A stretch of 64,000 nt of DNA from Candidatus Poribacteria bacterium (GCA_965208675.1 OZ242351.1:3424001-3488000), one strand, 5' to 3'; positions 20,259 through 31,646 are shown, counted from the first letter of the stretch. The notes: generated by a model not told the origin, from the sequence alone. Made by a program: numbers and translations.

Positions 20259-22103
20259 TTAGATAATCGCCCTCACTTTGCGAACAATGGATGCGGCGCT
20301 GATGCCGTGCTGCTCCATGAGTTCATCGGGTTTTCCGGATCGGGGAAGGCTGGTAACGGCGAGTTTGTGAACTTTAACTCCACGGGAACCGACTGCGTCG
20401 AGGACGGCGTCGCCAATCCCGCCCTCACGGTAGTGGTCTTCGACCGTGATTAGCGTGTTATCCGTGACAGAGGCGGCTCGAAGGAGCGATTCGGTATCAA
20501 CGGGCTTGACAGAGTAGAGATCGATGACGCGAATGAAGATGCCTTCTGATTTGAGCTGATCGTAGGCTTTTAGGGTTTCATTGAGTGTAACACCTGCCGC
20601 AACAACAGTGGCTTTATCGTTCGAAGTTTCTCGAAGGGTCTTGCTGCCTCCAATGGGGAAGTGTTCGCCGTTTGAATAGATTACGGGGGTTTTGGGGCGC
20701 GATGTACGGATATAAACGATGCCTTCATGCCGCGCGGCTTCACCGACTAAGCGCTCGGCTGAGACTGCGTCGCTCGGATAGAGGACAACAGATCCCGGAA
20801 GCGTTCGGAACATCGCCAGGTCCTCTAAGCCCATTTGCGAGGGGCCGTCTTCGCCGATAGAGATACCGGCATGGGAGCCAGCGTATTTGATATTCGCTTG
20901 GGAGATTGCAGACATGCGAATCTGATCGGCTGATCGAGTCAGAAATGCCGCGAAGCTGGATACGAACGGCACCTTTCCGCACTTTGACAACCCAATTCCC
21001 GAACCGACGAGGTTCTGCTCCGCGATAAACATTTCAAAATACCGGTTGCCGTGCTTTTCCATGAATTGTTCGGCGTATGTGGAATTCTTGACATCCGCAT
21101 CCAGCGCCACGACCTGCGGGTTTGCATCTCCCAACTTTGCGAGACCTGCCCCGTATCCACTACGGGATGCGACGTTTTCGCCAATCTCATAGTCCGGCGG
21201 TGCGACCTCTTGCATCTCGGCAACGGCCTGATTTGAGGGTACAACCGGCCTTTCAATTTGAAATCCGCCATTTGAACTGAGCGGACCAAGTTCATCAAGC
21301 GCTGCATTGAGTTGATCGCCTTTGGGAATTGCTTTTCCGTGCCAACCCTCTTTGTCTTCAACAAATGAGACGCCTTTACCTTTGATAGTCTTTGCGACAA
21401 TCATTGTTGGCTGAATTGTCGACGCTTTCGCACTGTCTAATGCAGACAAAATATCGTCAAGATTATGTCCGTCAATGGCGATTGTGTTCCAACCGAACGA
21501 CTCAAAGCGGCGGCAATAAGAATCAATGTCGAACCCGTACATGGTGCGTCCGCTCTGTCCTCTTCCGTTGACATCGACAATACCAATTAAGTTGTTGAGT
21601 TTATAGTGCGACGCCAACGCAACCGCTTCCCAGACGCCGCCTTCAGCCGATTCGCCATCGCCCATGAGGACATAAACGCGGTAATCGGATGTGTCCAAGT
21701 ATTTACCGTTAAGCGCCATCCCAACGCCAATTGACAGGCCTTGCCCCAACGATCCGGTTGCCACATCGACCCAATCCAGGCGCGGGGTGGGGTGGCCTTC
21801 GAGGTCGCTGTCAATTCGGCGCAGATCGAGCAGATTGTCAACAGAGATAATGCCTGCCTCTGCCCAAGCCGCGTAGAGCAGGGGCGCAGCATGGCCTTTT
21901 GACAAGATGAAGCGGTCGTTGTTTGGGTTATGCGGATTATGACGATCATAACGCATGGTGTGAAAAAAGAGCGCAGCAACGATATCTGCGGCTGACATAC
22001 ACGTCGTTGGATGGCCGGATGCGGCTTCAGATGTAGATATGATTGAGTGGATGCGTAAATTATCGGCTTTTTGCTTCAGAAACACCCTTAGGTCTTCGGT
22101 CAT
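20259..22103 (-). CDS. tkt: Transketolase
   Basis: SGHPT, DRFILSKGHAAP, LEGHPTP, GDGESAEG TPP motif, GEDGPSQ. Confidence 0.95.
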   Translation of the reverse strand: MTEDLRVFLKQKADNLRIHSIISTSEAASGHPTTCMSAADIVAALFFHTMRYDRHNPHNPNNDRFILSKGHAAPLLYAAWAEAGIISVDNLLDLRRIDSDLEGHPTPRLDWVDVATGSLGQGLSIGVGMALNGKYLDTSDYRVYVLMGDGESAEGGVWEAVALASHYKLNNLIGIVDVNGRGQSGRTMYGFDIDSYCRRFESFGWNTIAIDGHNLDDILSALDSAKASTIQPTMIVAKTIKGKGVSFVEDKEGWHGKAIPKGDQLNAALDELGPLSSNGGFQIERPVVPSNQAVAEMQEVAPPDYEIGENVASRSGYGAGLAKLGDANPQVVALDADVKNSTYAEQFMEKHGNRYFEMFIAEQNLVGSGIGLSKCGKVPFVSSFAAFLTRSADQIRMSAISQANIKYAGSHAGISIGEDGPSQMGLEDLAMFRTLPGSVVLYPSDAVSAERLVGEAARHEGIVYIRTSRPKTPVIYSNGEHFPIGGSKTLRETSNDKATVVAAGVTLNETLKAYDQLKSEGIFIRVIDLYSVKPVDTESLLRAASVTDNTLITVEDHYREGGIGDAVLDAVGSRGVKVHKLAVTSLPRSGKPDELMEQHGISAASIVRKVRAII

Positions 22104-22601
22104 TCGGTGATATTCCTTTCTGGTTAAATTTTGTCGGGTTCAATAAAAATGCCTCCAAACCTGCGTCTGCAATACATGCTCTTATAGACTGACACTTTTC
22201 ATAAATTGGGGCGGCTACACCTTGTGGATTGGCAACATTGGAAACTCTCGGTTGAGCGATGAGGTGTTGTAATTTGATGCTTCATCGCGAATGCGGGGCA
22301 AGATGCCCCGCGTACGATGGGTGAAACGTCTGAATATGCCCTTCGGCGCCCAGTGAATCGGGCAACCACAATCTGAAGTGTGTAAGTCCTAACTGACACA
22401 AAATGACCGCTATGTTAATAAGACACCTTCATAGACCAAAGATATGTTGCCAAATTCAGATTAGCGGGCATATTATACCTGATAAACATCACTCAGACAA
22501 CCCTTCAAAAATTGAATTTATATATGTAAGTGTTATCGACAAAATTCACAAAAAATGCCGGGCTGTTCCGTTGCGCGCCGAAGAGGAACAGCGATTGAGA
22601 G

Positions 22602-24002
22602 CTAATCCGCCTTCACATTGGGACCAATCATCTTACTGGGAACGACGGTTCGATCGAATTCTGCGGCGGTCAAGAGGTTCAGTTCGAGGGCAACCTGCCG
22701 CAGCGTTTTGCCCTCTGCGTGTGCGGTTTTCGCTACCCGTGCGGCGTTGCCGCAGCCAATTTTGGGCGAGAGCGCGGTCGCTAGCATTAAGGAGTCGTTC
22801 AGATAACTATTGATTTTTTGTAAGTTCGGACGAATGCCGTGCACACAGTTTTGGGCAAATGAGTTGCAAACGTCGCCCAAGAGGCGAATTGACTGCAAGG
22901 CGTTAAAAGCGATTACGGGCATAAATGCATTGAGTTCAAAGTTGCCGGAAGCACCGGCTACGGCGACGGTGGTATCGTTTCCGATAACCTGCGCGCAAAC
23001 CATAGTCATTGCTTCACACTGCGTTGGATTGGTCTTGCCCGGCATGATGGAACTCGCCAATCCATCTGCCGGCAGGATAAGTTCTCCAATTCCGCAGTGC
23101 GGGCCGCTCGCTAGCCACCGGATGTCGTTTGCAATCTTATTGAGCGAACACGCCAGCGTTTTGAACGCCCCGCTGGCTTCGACAACAGCATCTCGGGCAG
23201 CAAGGGCTTCAAACGTATTAGGCGCCGTTACAAAAGGGAGTCCGGTAAGCCTTGCTATTGACGCCGCTGCATTTACCGCGAATTCGGGGCGAGTGTTTAA
23301 ACCGGTGCCGACTGCGGTTCCACCAATCGGCAATTCATAAAGATGAGCGAGGCAGTCATCTATTGCGCGGAGCGCATGAGACAACTGAGATGCGTATCCC
23401 GAGAGCTCTTGCCCGAGCGTTAGCGGGGTTGCATCTTGCATGTGCGTGCGCCCAATCTTCACAATGTCTTTGAACGCTTCGGCTTGGTTGGCAAGCGCCT
23501 TCTGCAAATCTGTTACTGCGGGAACAAGCTTACAGTGAATACTTTCCACAATGGCAACGTGGATAGCGGTTGGAAAGGTGTCATTAGACGATTGAGACCT
23601 GTTAACATGACCATTCGGCTGGATTGGATTGTTACTTCCCAAAACGCCGCCCAGCATTTCAATCGCGCGGTTGGCAATCACTTCGTTGACGTTTATATTC
23701 GTCTGAGCGCCGCTGCCGTTCTGCCAGACGACAAGGGGAAAATGGTCATCAAGTGTACCGTCAATCACTTCTTGAGCGGCTGTCATGATAACATCCGCTT
23801 TGGCTTGTTCCAATTCCCCTATTTGGGCGTTTACTTCGGCGGCGGCATACTTTACGATTCCAAGCGCGCGGATCATCTCGCGCGAGAAACGCTCAGCGCC
23901 GATCCTAAAATTGTGAAGTGAGCGTTGGGTTCGCGCTCCCCAGTACCGATCCGCGGGGACGCCAACGTTGCCCAGGCTGTCTGTCTCGAGTCGCGTGTGC
24001 AT
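22602..24002 (-). CDS. fumC: Class II fumarate hydratase (divergent)
   Basis: [30 protein letters not shown] and [14 protein letters not shown] motifs. Confidence 0.85.
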   Translation of the reverse strand: MHTRLETDSLGNVGVPADRYWGARTQRSLHNFRIGAERFSREMIRALGIVKYAAAEVNAQIGELEQAKADVIMTAAQEVIDGTLDDHFPLVVWQNGSGAQTNINVNEVIANRAIEMLGGVLGSNNPIQPNGHVNRSQSSNDTFPTAIHVAIVESIHCKLVPAVTDLQKALANQAEAFKDIVKIGRTHMQDATPLTLGQELSGYASQLSHALRAIDDCLAHLYELPIGGTAVGTGLNTRPEFAVNAAASIARLTGLPFVTAPNTFEALAARDAVVEASGAFKTLACSLNKIANDIRWLASGPHCGIGELILPADGLASSIMPGKTNPTQCEAMTMVCAQVIGNDTTVAVAGASGNFELNAFMPVIAFNALQSIRLLGDVCNSFAQNCVHGIRPNLQKINSYLNDSLMLATALSPKIGCGNAARVAKTAHAEGKTLRQVALELNLLTAAEFDRTVVPSKMIGPNVKAD

Positions 24003-24325
24003 CTATCTCTCTAAATCACCTCTATTTCAAAACCGCGTAAGAACCTCCGTAACCGTCTCGCTTTAGCTATGCTTTGGTAAAGCAAGAAGAATCTCTGCGG
24101 AGCATAAACCGGTTAAATTCGTCAATAGTTTGGCGAGGACATCACGGGATTCGAACTCGTTTGGGCACGTGGTCTTGGGGAGTAAGTTTCGGACACAGAA
24201 ACAGATAAAGCCGCTGGCATCTACAGATATATGCGGCTTTCGTCTTAATTTAAGTTCGTAGAAATACCACCTCACCCTCGGCAAGCCATCAAGACGATAT
24301 GCTGCGCGGCGACGGTGAGAAGGCG

Positions 24326-25207
24326 CTAGGGGGTATCAAGTCCGGTGCAGCGAAACCCGCGGAAGTTCTGGGTGTCCGAGGGATCGTAGTTTAGGCGGAG
24401 CGCCACAGGCAGGTGGATGGGAATATCAAACCAAGACGCACCGCGCAAAACACGATCCGATGTTATGCCCCTGAGGTAGCCGTTCGCAAAGTCGAGTAAT
24501 CCTCCAGCCACCGGATTGTTCTTTGGGCCGGTGGTATAGAAGCCTGCCTGGTACTGGTCCATGCACCATTCCCAGACATTTCCTGCCATATCGTGCAAAC
24601 CGTAGCCGTTGGGCGAAAAACTTCCAACAGGGGCGGTACGCGCGTAACCGTCATCATACCCTTCAAAGACTGACCAACTGGGAAAGGCTCTCTTTGCCGC
24701 TTCGTCAGCCAAGTTTCCTGCGCCTGGGGGCGGGGTCGGCGAATCGCCCCACACGTAACGTTTCCCCACCAACCCGCCTCTAGCGGCTTTTTCCCACTGG
24801 GCTTCGGTTGGAAGCTGCTTTCCCGCCCATTTGGCGTAGGCGACAGCGTCATGCCAATTGACACCGACGACCGGGTAATTGGGTTGGTTGTATTGCGAAT
24901 CATTCCAATACGGCGGCGCCCGGTGGCCTTTAGCCTCCATAAATTTTTTGTATTGGGCGTTTGTCACTTCATATACATCAATGTAAAAATCGTCTAGATA
25001 TACCGTATGTACGGGCAGGTCGTCGTCGGCACCGTCATCGAAATGGTCTCCCATTTGGAACTCACCGGCGGGAACCAGGCGCATCAATGCTCCGTCGGTT
25101 GGGGATTTAATCTCCACAGGCAGTTCTTCTGCGGCACCCTCGCCATCAGCGCCGATATTGGCGGCAATGAATAAAACCGTTACCAATAACAGAATCATTG
25201 AAATCAT
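24326..25207 (-). CDS. Secreted FGE-sulfatase (SUMF1-like) domain protein
   Basis: Signal peptide, EVTNAQY, LPTEAQWEKAARGG, GLHDMAGNVWEW, GFRC. The catalytic CxxxxC pair is absent. Confidence 0.85.
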   Translation of the reverse strand: MISMILLLVTVLFIAANIGADGEGAAEELPVEIKSPTDGALMRLVPAGEFQMGDHFDDGADDDLPVHTVYLDDFYIDVYEVTNAQYKKFMEAKGHRAPPYWNDSQYNQPNYPVVGVNWHDAVAYAKWAGKQLPTEAQWEKAARGGLVGKRYVWGDSPTPPPGAGNLADEAAKRAFPSWSVFEGYDDGYARTAPVGSFSPNGYGLHDMAGNVWEWCMDQYQAGFYTTGPKNNPVAGGLLDFANGYLRGITSDRVLRGASWFDIPIHLPVALRLNYDPSDTQNFRGFRCTGLDTP

Positions 25208-25340
25208 CGGGGGCAGGGTTGCGCAGAGAGGCGGGTTGGTATAATGCACGGCTTTTTTCATGAATCTTGTGAAGGTCCGGAAATTCATGGAAAGGGCTGG
25301 TTGAAACGAGCGCTTCCACCGCCGATTCAGGCGGGTGCAG

Positions 25341-26186
25341 CTACGGCCGACGAGTTTCCTCATTAACTGATTGAGAAATCCTTGCGTCGTGGTACGCGGA
25401 CAAGAAAACAGGCTGATTATACTGTGCTAACACGCGATATTCTTCCTCTTTCCCACACAACCAGTAGAACATCTCGGCAGCATCATTAATTGCGCGGTGG
25501 TATTCGCGGTGATAGTTGGGACCTGCGGGCAGGCCTTTTGCACGCGATGGCTGGAAATCCGGCTCGCGAATCCAGTCGCGCTCGGGCGGCACAGTTCTCG
25601 TATAGCCATACTTCGACAGATTTCGGACCGCCTTCACGGTGGATGCGGTGCGGCGGTGCCAAACGGTGTAGGCGGATAAGAAGATTGAACCTGCCGGGGC
25701 AGCGGTGGAAAATGCGCCGCGAATGCTGCCGTAATGCGCCATAGAAGGGATTCCGTCGGCGATGAGAAAATGAGAACCCGGCAGCAGCTCGGTCGGGCCA
25801 AGCTCGGGAGGAGTGTCCTGGGGATAGTAGAATCCCAGCAGACTGTCCAGTTTGGGACCGAACACGGCGCCGCCGTCGACATGCCAAGGACCTGCGGGCA
25901 TGGGGCAATCAGCGCGGTGCCCTTCGCCCAAGTGAAATGGATAAGTGAAGTTCTTTCCTAACAGAGATCGTACCGCACCGGCTGCCTGCGGATTAAGGAA
26001 CACATTCTCGACGACCCCGTCTAAGGTCGCGGCGTTACTGCCTCTAGGCTGCGTTGCGAAAAATTCAACCACCTGACGGTTGATTTCATCGGGAACAACA
26101 GCTTCCAGCATCAGGAAGCCCTTTCTGCAGAATTCCAGCACCTGCGAGTCGGTCAGGGTTGGTTCGCAGTCGTATGTATTCTCCAT
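25341..26186 (-). CDS. Phytanoyl-CoA dioxygenase (PhyH) family Fe/2OG enzyme
   Basis: WHVD, GPTELLPGSH and VWHRR facial-triad motifs. Confidence 0.85.
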   Translation of the reverse strand: MENTYDCEPTLTDSQVLEFCRKGFLMLEAVVPDEINRQVVEFFATQPRGSNAATLDGVVENVFLNPQAAGAVRSLLGKNFTYPFHLGEGHRADCPMPAGPWHVDGGAVFGPKLDSLLGFYYPQDTPPELGPTELLPGSHFLIADGIPSMAHYGSIRGAFSTAAPAGSIFLSAYTVWHRRTASTVKAVRNLSKYGYTRTVPPERDWIREPDFQPSRAKGLPAGPNYHREYHRAINDAAEMFYWLCGKEEEYRVLAQYNQPVFLSAYHDARISQSVNEETRRP

Positions 26187-26551
26187 AGTGAGTTTTCTCC
26201 AAGCCGGGATAGTTCTTTGTCAGAACGTACCGCGGCGACGGTGTTGAGTAGAGTTGGCGTTATTCGAAAATGTAATATATTTAGTTTACTACAAAGGACA
26301 ATTTATTGTCGAGAAAAAACTGTTGTTTTCAAAAGCAGCGGTATATCAGACCCAATGTTTTTCAGTTACAAAATTTCCTGTTGTTATATTTGCCGAATCG
26401 TGTTATATTTAAGGGATAGATATATAGTGCATTGTTTCAAGGCATGAAAATGTGTCAACCAAATCCCAACGGAGGATTAAGGGTATTTGTGATTCAAATA
26501 ATCCTGCCTTGTGGGAGAGTTGATTCATCGGCATAATCGGGAGGTAAAACA

Positions 26552-27331
26552 ATGTTAAACAGAAAGTTCGCTATATTTTTCGTCGTTGCCGGTCTAGCCA
26601 CGCTGGCATGGTATACGGCGGGCGCTCAAATCGTCGAAGATGGGCTTGTGAGCTACTGGCGTTTAGATGAAGAAAAGGGCGGCGAAATCCGGGACGAGGT
26701 TGGACCGAACCATGGGACAATCAGAGGCAACCCAAAATTTGTTGAAGGCGTATCCGGAAAAGCCTTGCAGTTTTTTGGGCGCGATGCCGTATTTTTTGAA
26801 AACGTAGGTTTCCCGAATGGGAATGCGGCGACGACATGGTCTGCTTGGTTCAAACGAGAATCCAGTGCTCCATTGTCTCAGTATATTGTTACATACGGCC
26901 AATGGAGAGGACCCGGCGGTGAAGGTTTCGGCATTGGGACTGGGCATAATAGGGCGGATCGGCTCTTTATGACGCAATGGGGCCCGAATTTTGATACGTT
27001 TGGTCCCGATATCACCACGTTCGACGAATGGCACTATGTCACGGCTGTCTATGACGGAAAGCAACATAATACGCTGTATCTCAACGGGGAAGTGGTGGCT
27101 GAAAAAGATCTACACCTCAAGCCAAACGTACCCAATAATAATCAGGGGGTCATTGGAGCAAACACGAACTTCGATGAATCGATGGAGGGTTTCATTGACG
27201 AAGTCGGGCTTTATGATCGCGCCTTAACCGCGGACGAGGTTCTACAGAACTTCAATTCGGACATAGAGTTTGGTGTCGATCCGTCTGGAAAAGTATCAAC
27301 GACATGGGGCAAACTCAAAACAAGACCGTAA
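26552..27331 (+). CDS. Secreted LamG (concanavalin-like) domain protein
   Basis: Signal peptide, GLVSYW.LDE, WHYVTAVYDG, IDEVGLYDRAL, C-terminal GKVSTTWGKLK. Confidence 0.88.
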   Translation: MLNRKFAIFFVVAGLATLAWYTAGAQIVEDGLVSYWRLDEEKGGEIRDEVGPNHGTIRGNPKFVEGVSGKALQFFGRDAVFFENVGFPNGNAATTWSAWFKRESSAPLSQYIVTYGQWRGPGGEGFGIGTGHNRADRLFMTQWGPNFDTFGPDITTFDEWHYVTAVYDGKQHNTLYLNGEVVAEKDLHLKPNVPNNNQGVIGANTNFDESMEGFIDEVGLYDRALTADEVLQNFNSDIEFGVDPSGKVSTTWGKLKTRP

Positions 27332-27575
27332 TCCCCATTTTAATTGAACCTTAGCGGCGGCGACCGCCGTTCATTAAACAAGAGCGAATTTTCGCTTGGC
27401 ACGCAAGCAATTGTATGCTAGAATAGCCACATTTCAGATTGACGGTATTTTGCCGGTGGATTTCAGTCCATTAGCGCGGCAAAATTAGACAAACTATCAA
27501 TCATTCCACTTTAATATTTCAGACTTCCGGACTCCTCGAAACGTCGGAGGTCTAAATAGCTTGAGGAGGCACATA

Positions 27576-28337
27576 ATGATGTTTAAAAGCATAGCGGTTC
27601 TTTTTGTGGTGGTAGTAGCGGTCGCGTTTGCTATTACCGCAGGTGCGCAAGTCGTGACAGACGGGCTTGTGAGTTATTGGTCTTTCGAGGATGGCGATGT
27701 CTCAGACCAAGTAGGAACTAACGACGGCACAGTCGTGGGCGATCCTGAGACAGTAGCCGGTCACGTCGGCGCGAATGCTATGAAATTCGACGGGGATGAT
27801 GCTATAACTTTCCCCATGGACGGTTTCCCCACCGGAAACGAGCCGAGGACCTTTTCGGCTTGGTTTAAGAGAGAAGTCAGCGACGGCGGTGCGTCTCAGT
27901 ATATTGCTGCATATGGGACTTGGGACGGGAAAGGCAACGGCTTTGGAGTAGCGACTCGCGGCGGCGATCAGATATTTATTGCCCAATGGGGGCTTGATAC
28001 GGTAGGTCCTACGGTTTCTCTAGGGGAGTGGCACTATGTGGCGGCTGTCTATGATGGAACTGCGGATATTATATATCTGGACGGAGCAGAGGTCACAAAC
28101 AACGTTTTAGGTGAACCCATAAACACCCAAATGGGTAACGGTGCCATTGGAGCCAATCCTGACCCTAATGAATTCATGGAGGGTTTGATTGACGATGTCG
28201 GTCTTTATAACCGCGCACTCAGCGCTGAAGAAGCCACACAGAATTATGAGGCGCGCGCCGGACTGGAGTCAATGACCTCCGTAGAGACGGCTGGAAAACT
28301 CACGTCCACATGGGCGAAAATGAAGAGCGGCAAATAG
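27576..28337 (+). CDS. Secreted LamG domain protein (paralog)
   Basis: Same architecture; GAGGAGG RBS; C-terminal GKLTSTWAKMK. Confidence 0.88.
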   Translation: MMFKSIAVLFVVVVAVAFAITAGAQVVTDGLVSYWSFEDGDVSDQVGTNDGTVVGDPETVAGHVGANAMKFDGDDAITFPMDGFPTGNEPRTFSAWFKREVSDGGASQYIAAYGTWDGKGNGFGVATRGGDQIFIAQWGLDTVGPTVSLGEWHYVAAVYDGTADIIYLDGAEVTNNVLGEPINTQMGNGAIGANPDPNEFMEGLIDDVGLYNRALSAEEATQNYEARAGLESMTSVETAGKLTSTWAKMKSGK

Positions 28338-28454
28338 CCAACTCTAAACCTTCGGAAGGTCTTGAACCTTCCGAAGGTATTTTTACCAAACCTTAAGAAA
28401 TCCTTCCCGACTTTTCTTCCCAACGTCTCCGACATACCTACCAAGCCGATGCGG

Positions 28455-29294
28455 TTACGCGCCATTAACTTGGTCGACAATCTCTCTGATTGGCGCAAGA
28501 GCGACGCTCACATCGCTCACGGTCGGAAAACACTCGAGTCCGAGATAACCTTCGTAACCCGCCCTCTTCGCTACTGTGAGAAAGTTCAGATAATTAATTT
28601 CGCCGGTGCCGGGTTCGTGGCGACCGGGTACGTCGGCGACATGGATGTGGCGAATCAGGTCAATGTCTTGCGTAAGGCTGTTTATCAAATTACCTTCGTT
28701 GATTTGATGATGGTAAGCGTCAAACGTCAATGCGACCGCCGGGCTGTCCACTTCTCTGACGATTGATACTCCTTCCCGCCAAGAGGCAAGGTAGTAGTCC
28801 GCATGGTCGACCAATGTGTTAAGGCATTCCATCACGAGGGTCATTCCCTCTCCCTCCGCAATTGGCGCCACGGTTTTCACGGCGCGGACAATGTTGTCAC
28901 GTTGGCGGCGGCGAAGGTCGCGTTGTTTCTGGTCGCGCTGGTATTCGTACCAAGGCTGTCCGGGCGTCCATTTCACCTCTTCAACCAGCAGACCCAACAA
29001 CGAACACCGCATTTGCCGGGCTAACTGACATGAATGGCGTACGGATTGAATTAAGGCATCGATCTGGTTTCCGTCGAGCAAACACAGTCTGGGCTGAACA
29101 CTAATATTTGCGACAACCAAGTTGTTTCGCGTAACTCGTTCAGCGATGGTTGACATGTCCACTTCACCCGATGTCGCTTCCGGGTCAGGACCAAATTCGA
29201 GTGCGGACAGACCGAGTTCGGCCACTGCGTCAATGCGGTCAACGAATTCGCGGTCACGGAACATGAATTCAATATTCGCCGAAAGTTGCAGCAT
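28455..29294 (-). CDS. Hydroxypyruvate isomerase-like TIM-barrel protein
   Basis: LSANIEFMF, ECLN, FDAYHHQINEG, HIHVADVPGRHEPGTGEINY. Confidence 0.85.
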   Translation of the reverse strand: MLQLSANIEFMFRDREFVDRIDAVAELGLSALEFGPDPEATSGEVDMSTIAERVTRNNLVVANISVQPRLCLLDGNQIDALIQSVRHSCQLARQMRCSLLGLLVEEVKWTPGQPWYEYQRDQKQRDLRRRQRDNIVRAVKTVAPIAEGEGMTLVMECLNTLVDHADYYLASWREGVSIVREVDSPAVALTFDAYHHQINEGNLINSLTQDIDLIRHIHVADVPGRHEPGTGEINYLNFLTVAKRAGYEGYLGLECFPTVSDVSVALAPIREIVDQVNGA

Positions 29295-29368
29295 CTTATC
29301 TCCTTTTTGAAACATACTACAATTTAAATTTAAGGCGAGCCATGTCTTGTTAGGCGCATGACTTCAAC

Positions 29369-30283
29369 TTAGGCGAGTTCCTGTTTCGACCACACGCGCT
29401 CATCGGTGATGTCACCGGGAAAGCCTCGAACGACGCCGTCAAGCCCTTTGTGCGGGCTGGGCCAGCACTGCCCGCCCATTACCGCGAACTCGCCGCCTTT
29501 CCCGCACAACCAGAAGAAAAGTTCAGCGGCGTCGTTGCAGTCTCTGGTGGGCGGCCGCGTGGTGGGGCGATCGAAGAACTCATAGTCTGCAGTTCGTAAA
29601 TCGAAATCCGGTTCAATAACCCAATCTCGGACCGGCGGCGTCGTCCGCCAATAGTTGAAGCGGAACAGATGCCGATAGCCCTTTGCCGTTGACGGGGTGC
29701 GGCGGTGCCACAGGTTGTATGACATAATCAGGATAGAGCCGGCTGGCGCGTCGGGCGGGCCAAAATACACGGTTCCCTTGAGATTGCCGTAATGGCCAAC
29801 GGGCGCGGAGGCTAGATGATGGGAGCCCGGCAGAATCGCCGTGGGGCCATTCTCCATGGGCACGTCATCCGGGTGGTAGAAGACTTCGAGGTAGTTCAAT
29901 TTCTTTTCAAGTACGTAATTCCCGTCGCGGTGCCATCCTCCCGGCTTCGGCATGGGTATTTCTGCGCGGTGGTCGCTGATAATGTTGGGGAGCGTAAAGC
30001 CTCTCCCAAGCAGCGACCGTACCGCCCCGGCTGCTTCAGTGTTGAGCAAGACATGCTCGACGAACCAATCCTCCTCCAAGAGTGGAAGGTGAAATTCAAT
30101 CTCGCCTGATCGCCGCGGCGCCCGGTATTCGGGCCGAGTCTCCGCAATTTCGTTGGTGTATTGTATAACTCGCCGGTTAATCTCATCCGGCACGACCGCC
30201 GGAAATAATATGTAGCCTTTCTTGCAGAAATCGAGAATCTGGGAGTCGGTCAATGTTGCGCGAATATCATCCGTAGTTCTCAT
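29369..30283 (-). CDS. PhyH-family Fe/2OG dioxygenase
   Basis: WHRD, GPTAILPGSH, LWHRR. Confidence 0.85.
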   Translation of the reverse strand: MRTTDDIRATLTDSQILDFCKKGYILFPAVVPDEINRRVIQYTNEIAETRPEYRAPRRSGEIEFHLPLLEEDWFVEHVLLNTEAAGAVRSLLGRGFTLPNIISDHRAEIPMPKPGGWHRDGNYVLEKKLNYLEVFYHPDDVPMENGPTAILPGSHHLASAPVGHYGNLKGTVYFGPPDAPAGSILIMSYNLWHRRTPSTAKGYRHLFRFNYWRTTPPVRDWVIEPDFDLRTADYEFFDRPTTRPPTRDCNDAAELFFWLCGKGGEFAVMGGQCWPSPHKGLDGVVRGFPGDITDERVWSKQELA

Positions 30284-30286
30284 TGC

Positions 30287-30658
30287 TCATCTCCACTTTT
30301 CAAGCACAAACTCGCCGCCGACCTCATAGGTCCGCGTTTCATCGATCCACAGGGCGAGTTCGGGAAATTTTATTACACGCCAACCGTCTTGGATGGCATC
30401 AATTACGTTTTTGTACGGCCAGTCCTCCGGACGCAATGGGCCTTCGCTCATTTCGCCGTTGTCCAGCATCAACATGCCGATAACACCTGAATTAATCGTC
30501 CACCCTTCCACCCGCAGGAACAACAATTGTTGCCGGGGCGGGTGTTCTTCCATGGCTTGGAGTATTCCATTCAGACTAGCCTCCGTAAGAATTCCTTGCG
30601 CAAATTCCTCTTTACATCGATCGACTTGCGCCTTGATTTTACTGTATTCCTCCATCAT
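30287..30658 (-). CDS. Small hypothetical protein coupled to PhyH
   Basis: 123 aa, WPY..V..AIQDGWRVIKFP motif, 3 bp upstream of the PhyH gene. Confidence 0.7.
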   Translation of the reverse strand: MMEEYSKIKAQVDRCKEEFAQGILTEASLNGILQAMEEHPPRQQLLFLRVEGWTINSGVIGMLMLDNGEMSEGPLRPEDWPYKNVIDAIQDGWRVIKFPELALWIDETRTYEVGGEFVLEKWR

Positions 30659-31646
30659 CCTTCCCTTTGTGAGCTATCATGAATCCTCTACTGTTGCTAA
30701 GGTAGTTCTTCCCATAATCATCATAGAGTGTTGCGGGGGTATTCTCAAGAATCGTATCGATTCGATCGAGTTCGTCAGTGGTGAACGAGGCACCTGCCGC
30801 ACCGAGATGCTCCGTGACTTGATTGGTGTGCTTTGCGCCGACGAGTACGCAACTCACCGACGGCAACCGCAGCAGCCACCCGACTGCCATTTGAATCAGT
30901 GAGAGGCCTTTGTCCGCCGCTATCTGTTTAAGTTGATCGGCAACATTGACGTAATGGGCAAACGGCTCCCCGCGGAAACGTGTAAGGCGTGCACGCTCGT
31001 CGTCTTCCGGGAATACGTGACCTACTCGGTAGCGTCCGGTAAGCAATCCTTTCGCTAACGGACTGTGAGCCATGACGCCGATTCCGTTACGTTCGCAGAA
31101 GGGGAGCACCTCCGGTTCTACGCGGCGGTCGAGCATGTTATAGCGCGGCTGGTTCGTATGGAGGGGGGCGGTCTTCAGGGCTTCCTCCATATGTTCGACC
31201 CAGAAGTTTGAAACGCCAATATAGCGTGTCTTGCCCTGTTCTCGAAGCCGTTCAAGGGCTTCCATTGTCTGATCAATTGGAAAGGAAGGGTCAGGGTGGT
31301 GAATCTGATAGAGGTCTACGTAATCTACATTCAGTTTGCGCAGACTGTCTTCCATGGCGGCGTAGATTGCCGGCGGCGAGTAGTCATTGTCCTGTTCGCG
31401 CCATACCTTGGTGGCGAGGAAACACCGATTACGGTATCCGTCCTTCAGCGCCTTGCCCAGCCGTTCCTCACTCACGCCGTACACTTGCGCCGTATCAATG
31501 AGATTGATGCCGTTATCAATAGCGGCTCGTGTAATTGAGATTACGCTCTGATCGTCAATGGCTCCCATACCGCCGCCGAAGGGCCAGGTGCCAAGCCCTA
31601 TAGCGGACACCTTGGTTCCGTCTCTCGTAAGTTGTCTGTATTCCAT
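30639..31646 (-). CDS. Aldo/keto reductase
   Basis: IGLGTW, IDTAQVYG, LATK, DLYQIH, IGVSNF, SPLAKGLLTG. Confidence 0.93.
   Translation of the reverse strand: MEYRQLTRDGTKVSAIGLGTWPFGGGMGAIDDQSVISITRAAIDNGINLIDTAQVYGVSEERLGKALKDGYRNRCFLATKVWREQDNDYSPPAIYAAMEDSLRKLNVDYVDLYQIHHPDPSFPIDQTMEALERLREQGKTRYIGVSNFWVEHMEEALKTAPLHTNQPRYNMLDRRVEPEVLPFCERNGIGVMAHSPLAKGLLTGRYRVGHVFPEDDERARLTRFRGEPFAHYVNVADQLKQIAADKGLSLIQMAVGWLLRLPSVSCVLVGAKHTNQVTEHLGAAGASFTTDELDRIDTILENTPATLYDDYGKNYLSNSRGFMIAHKGKDDGGIQ

Noticed and set aside
24326-25207. True formylglycine-generating enzyme, or a DGR target
   Set aside because: The catalytic cysteine pair is absent, and no reverse transcriptase or template repeat was seen in the window.
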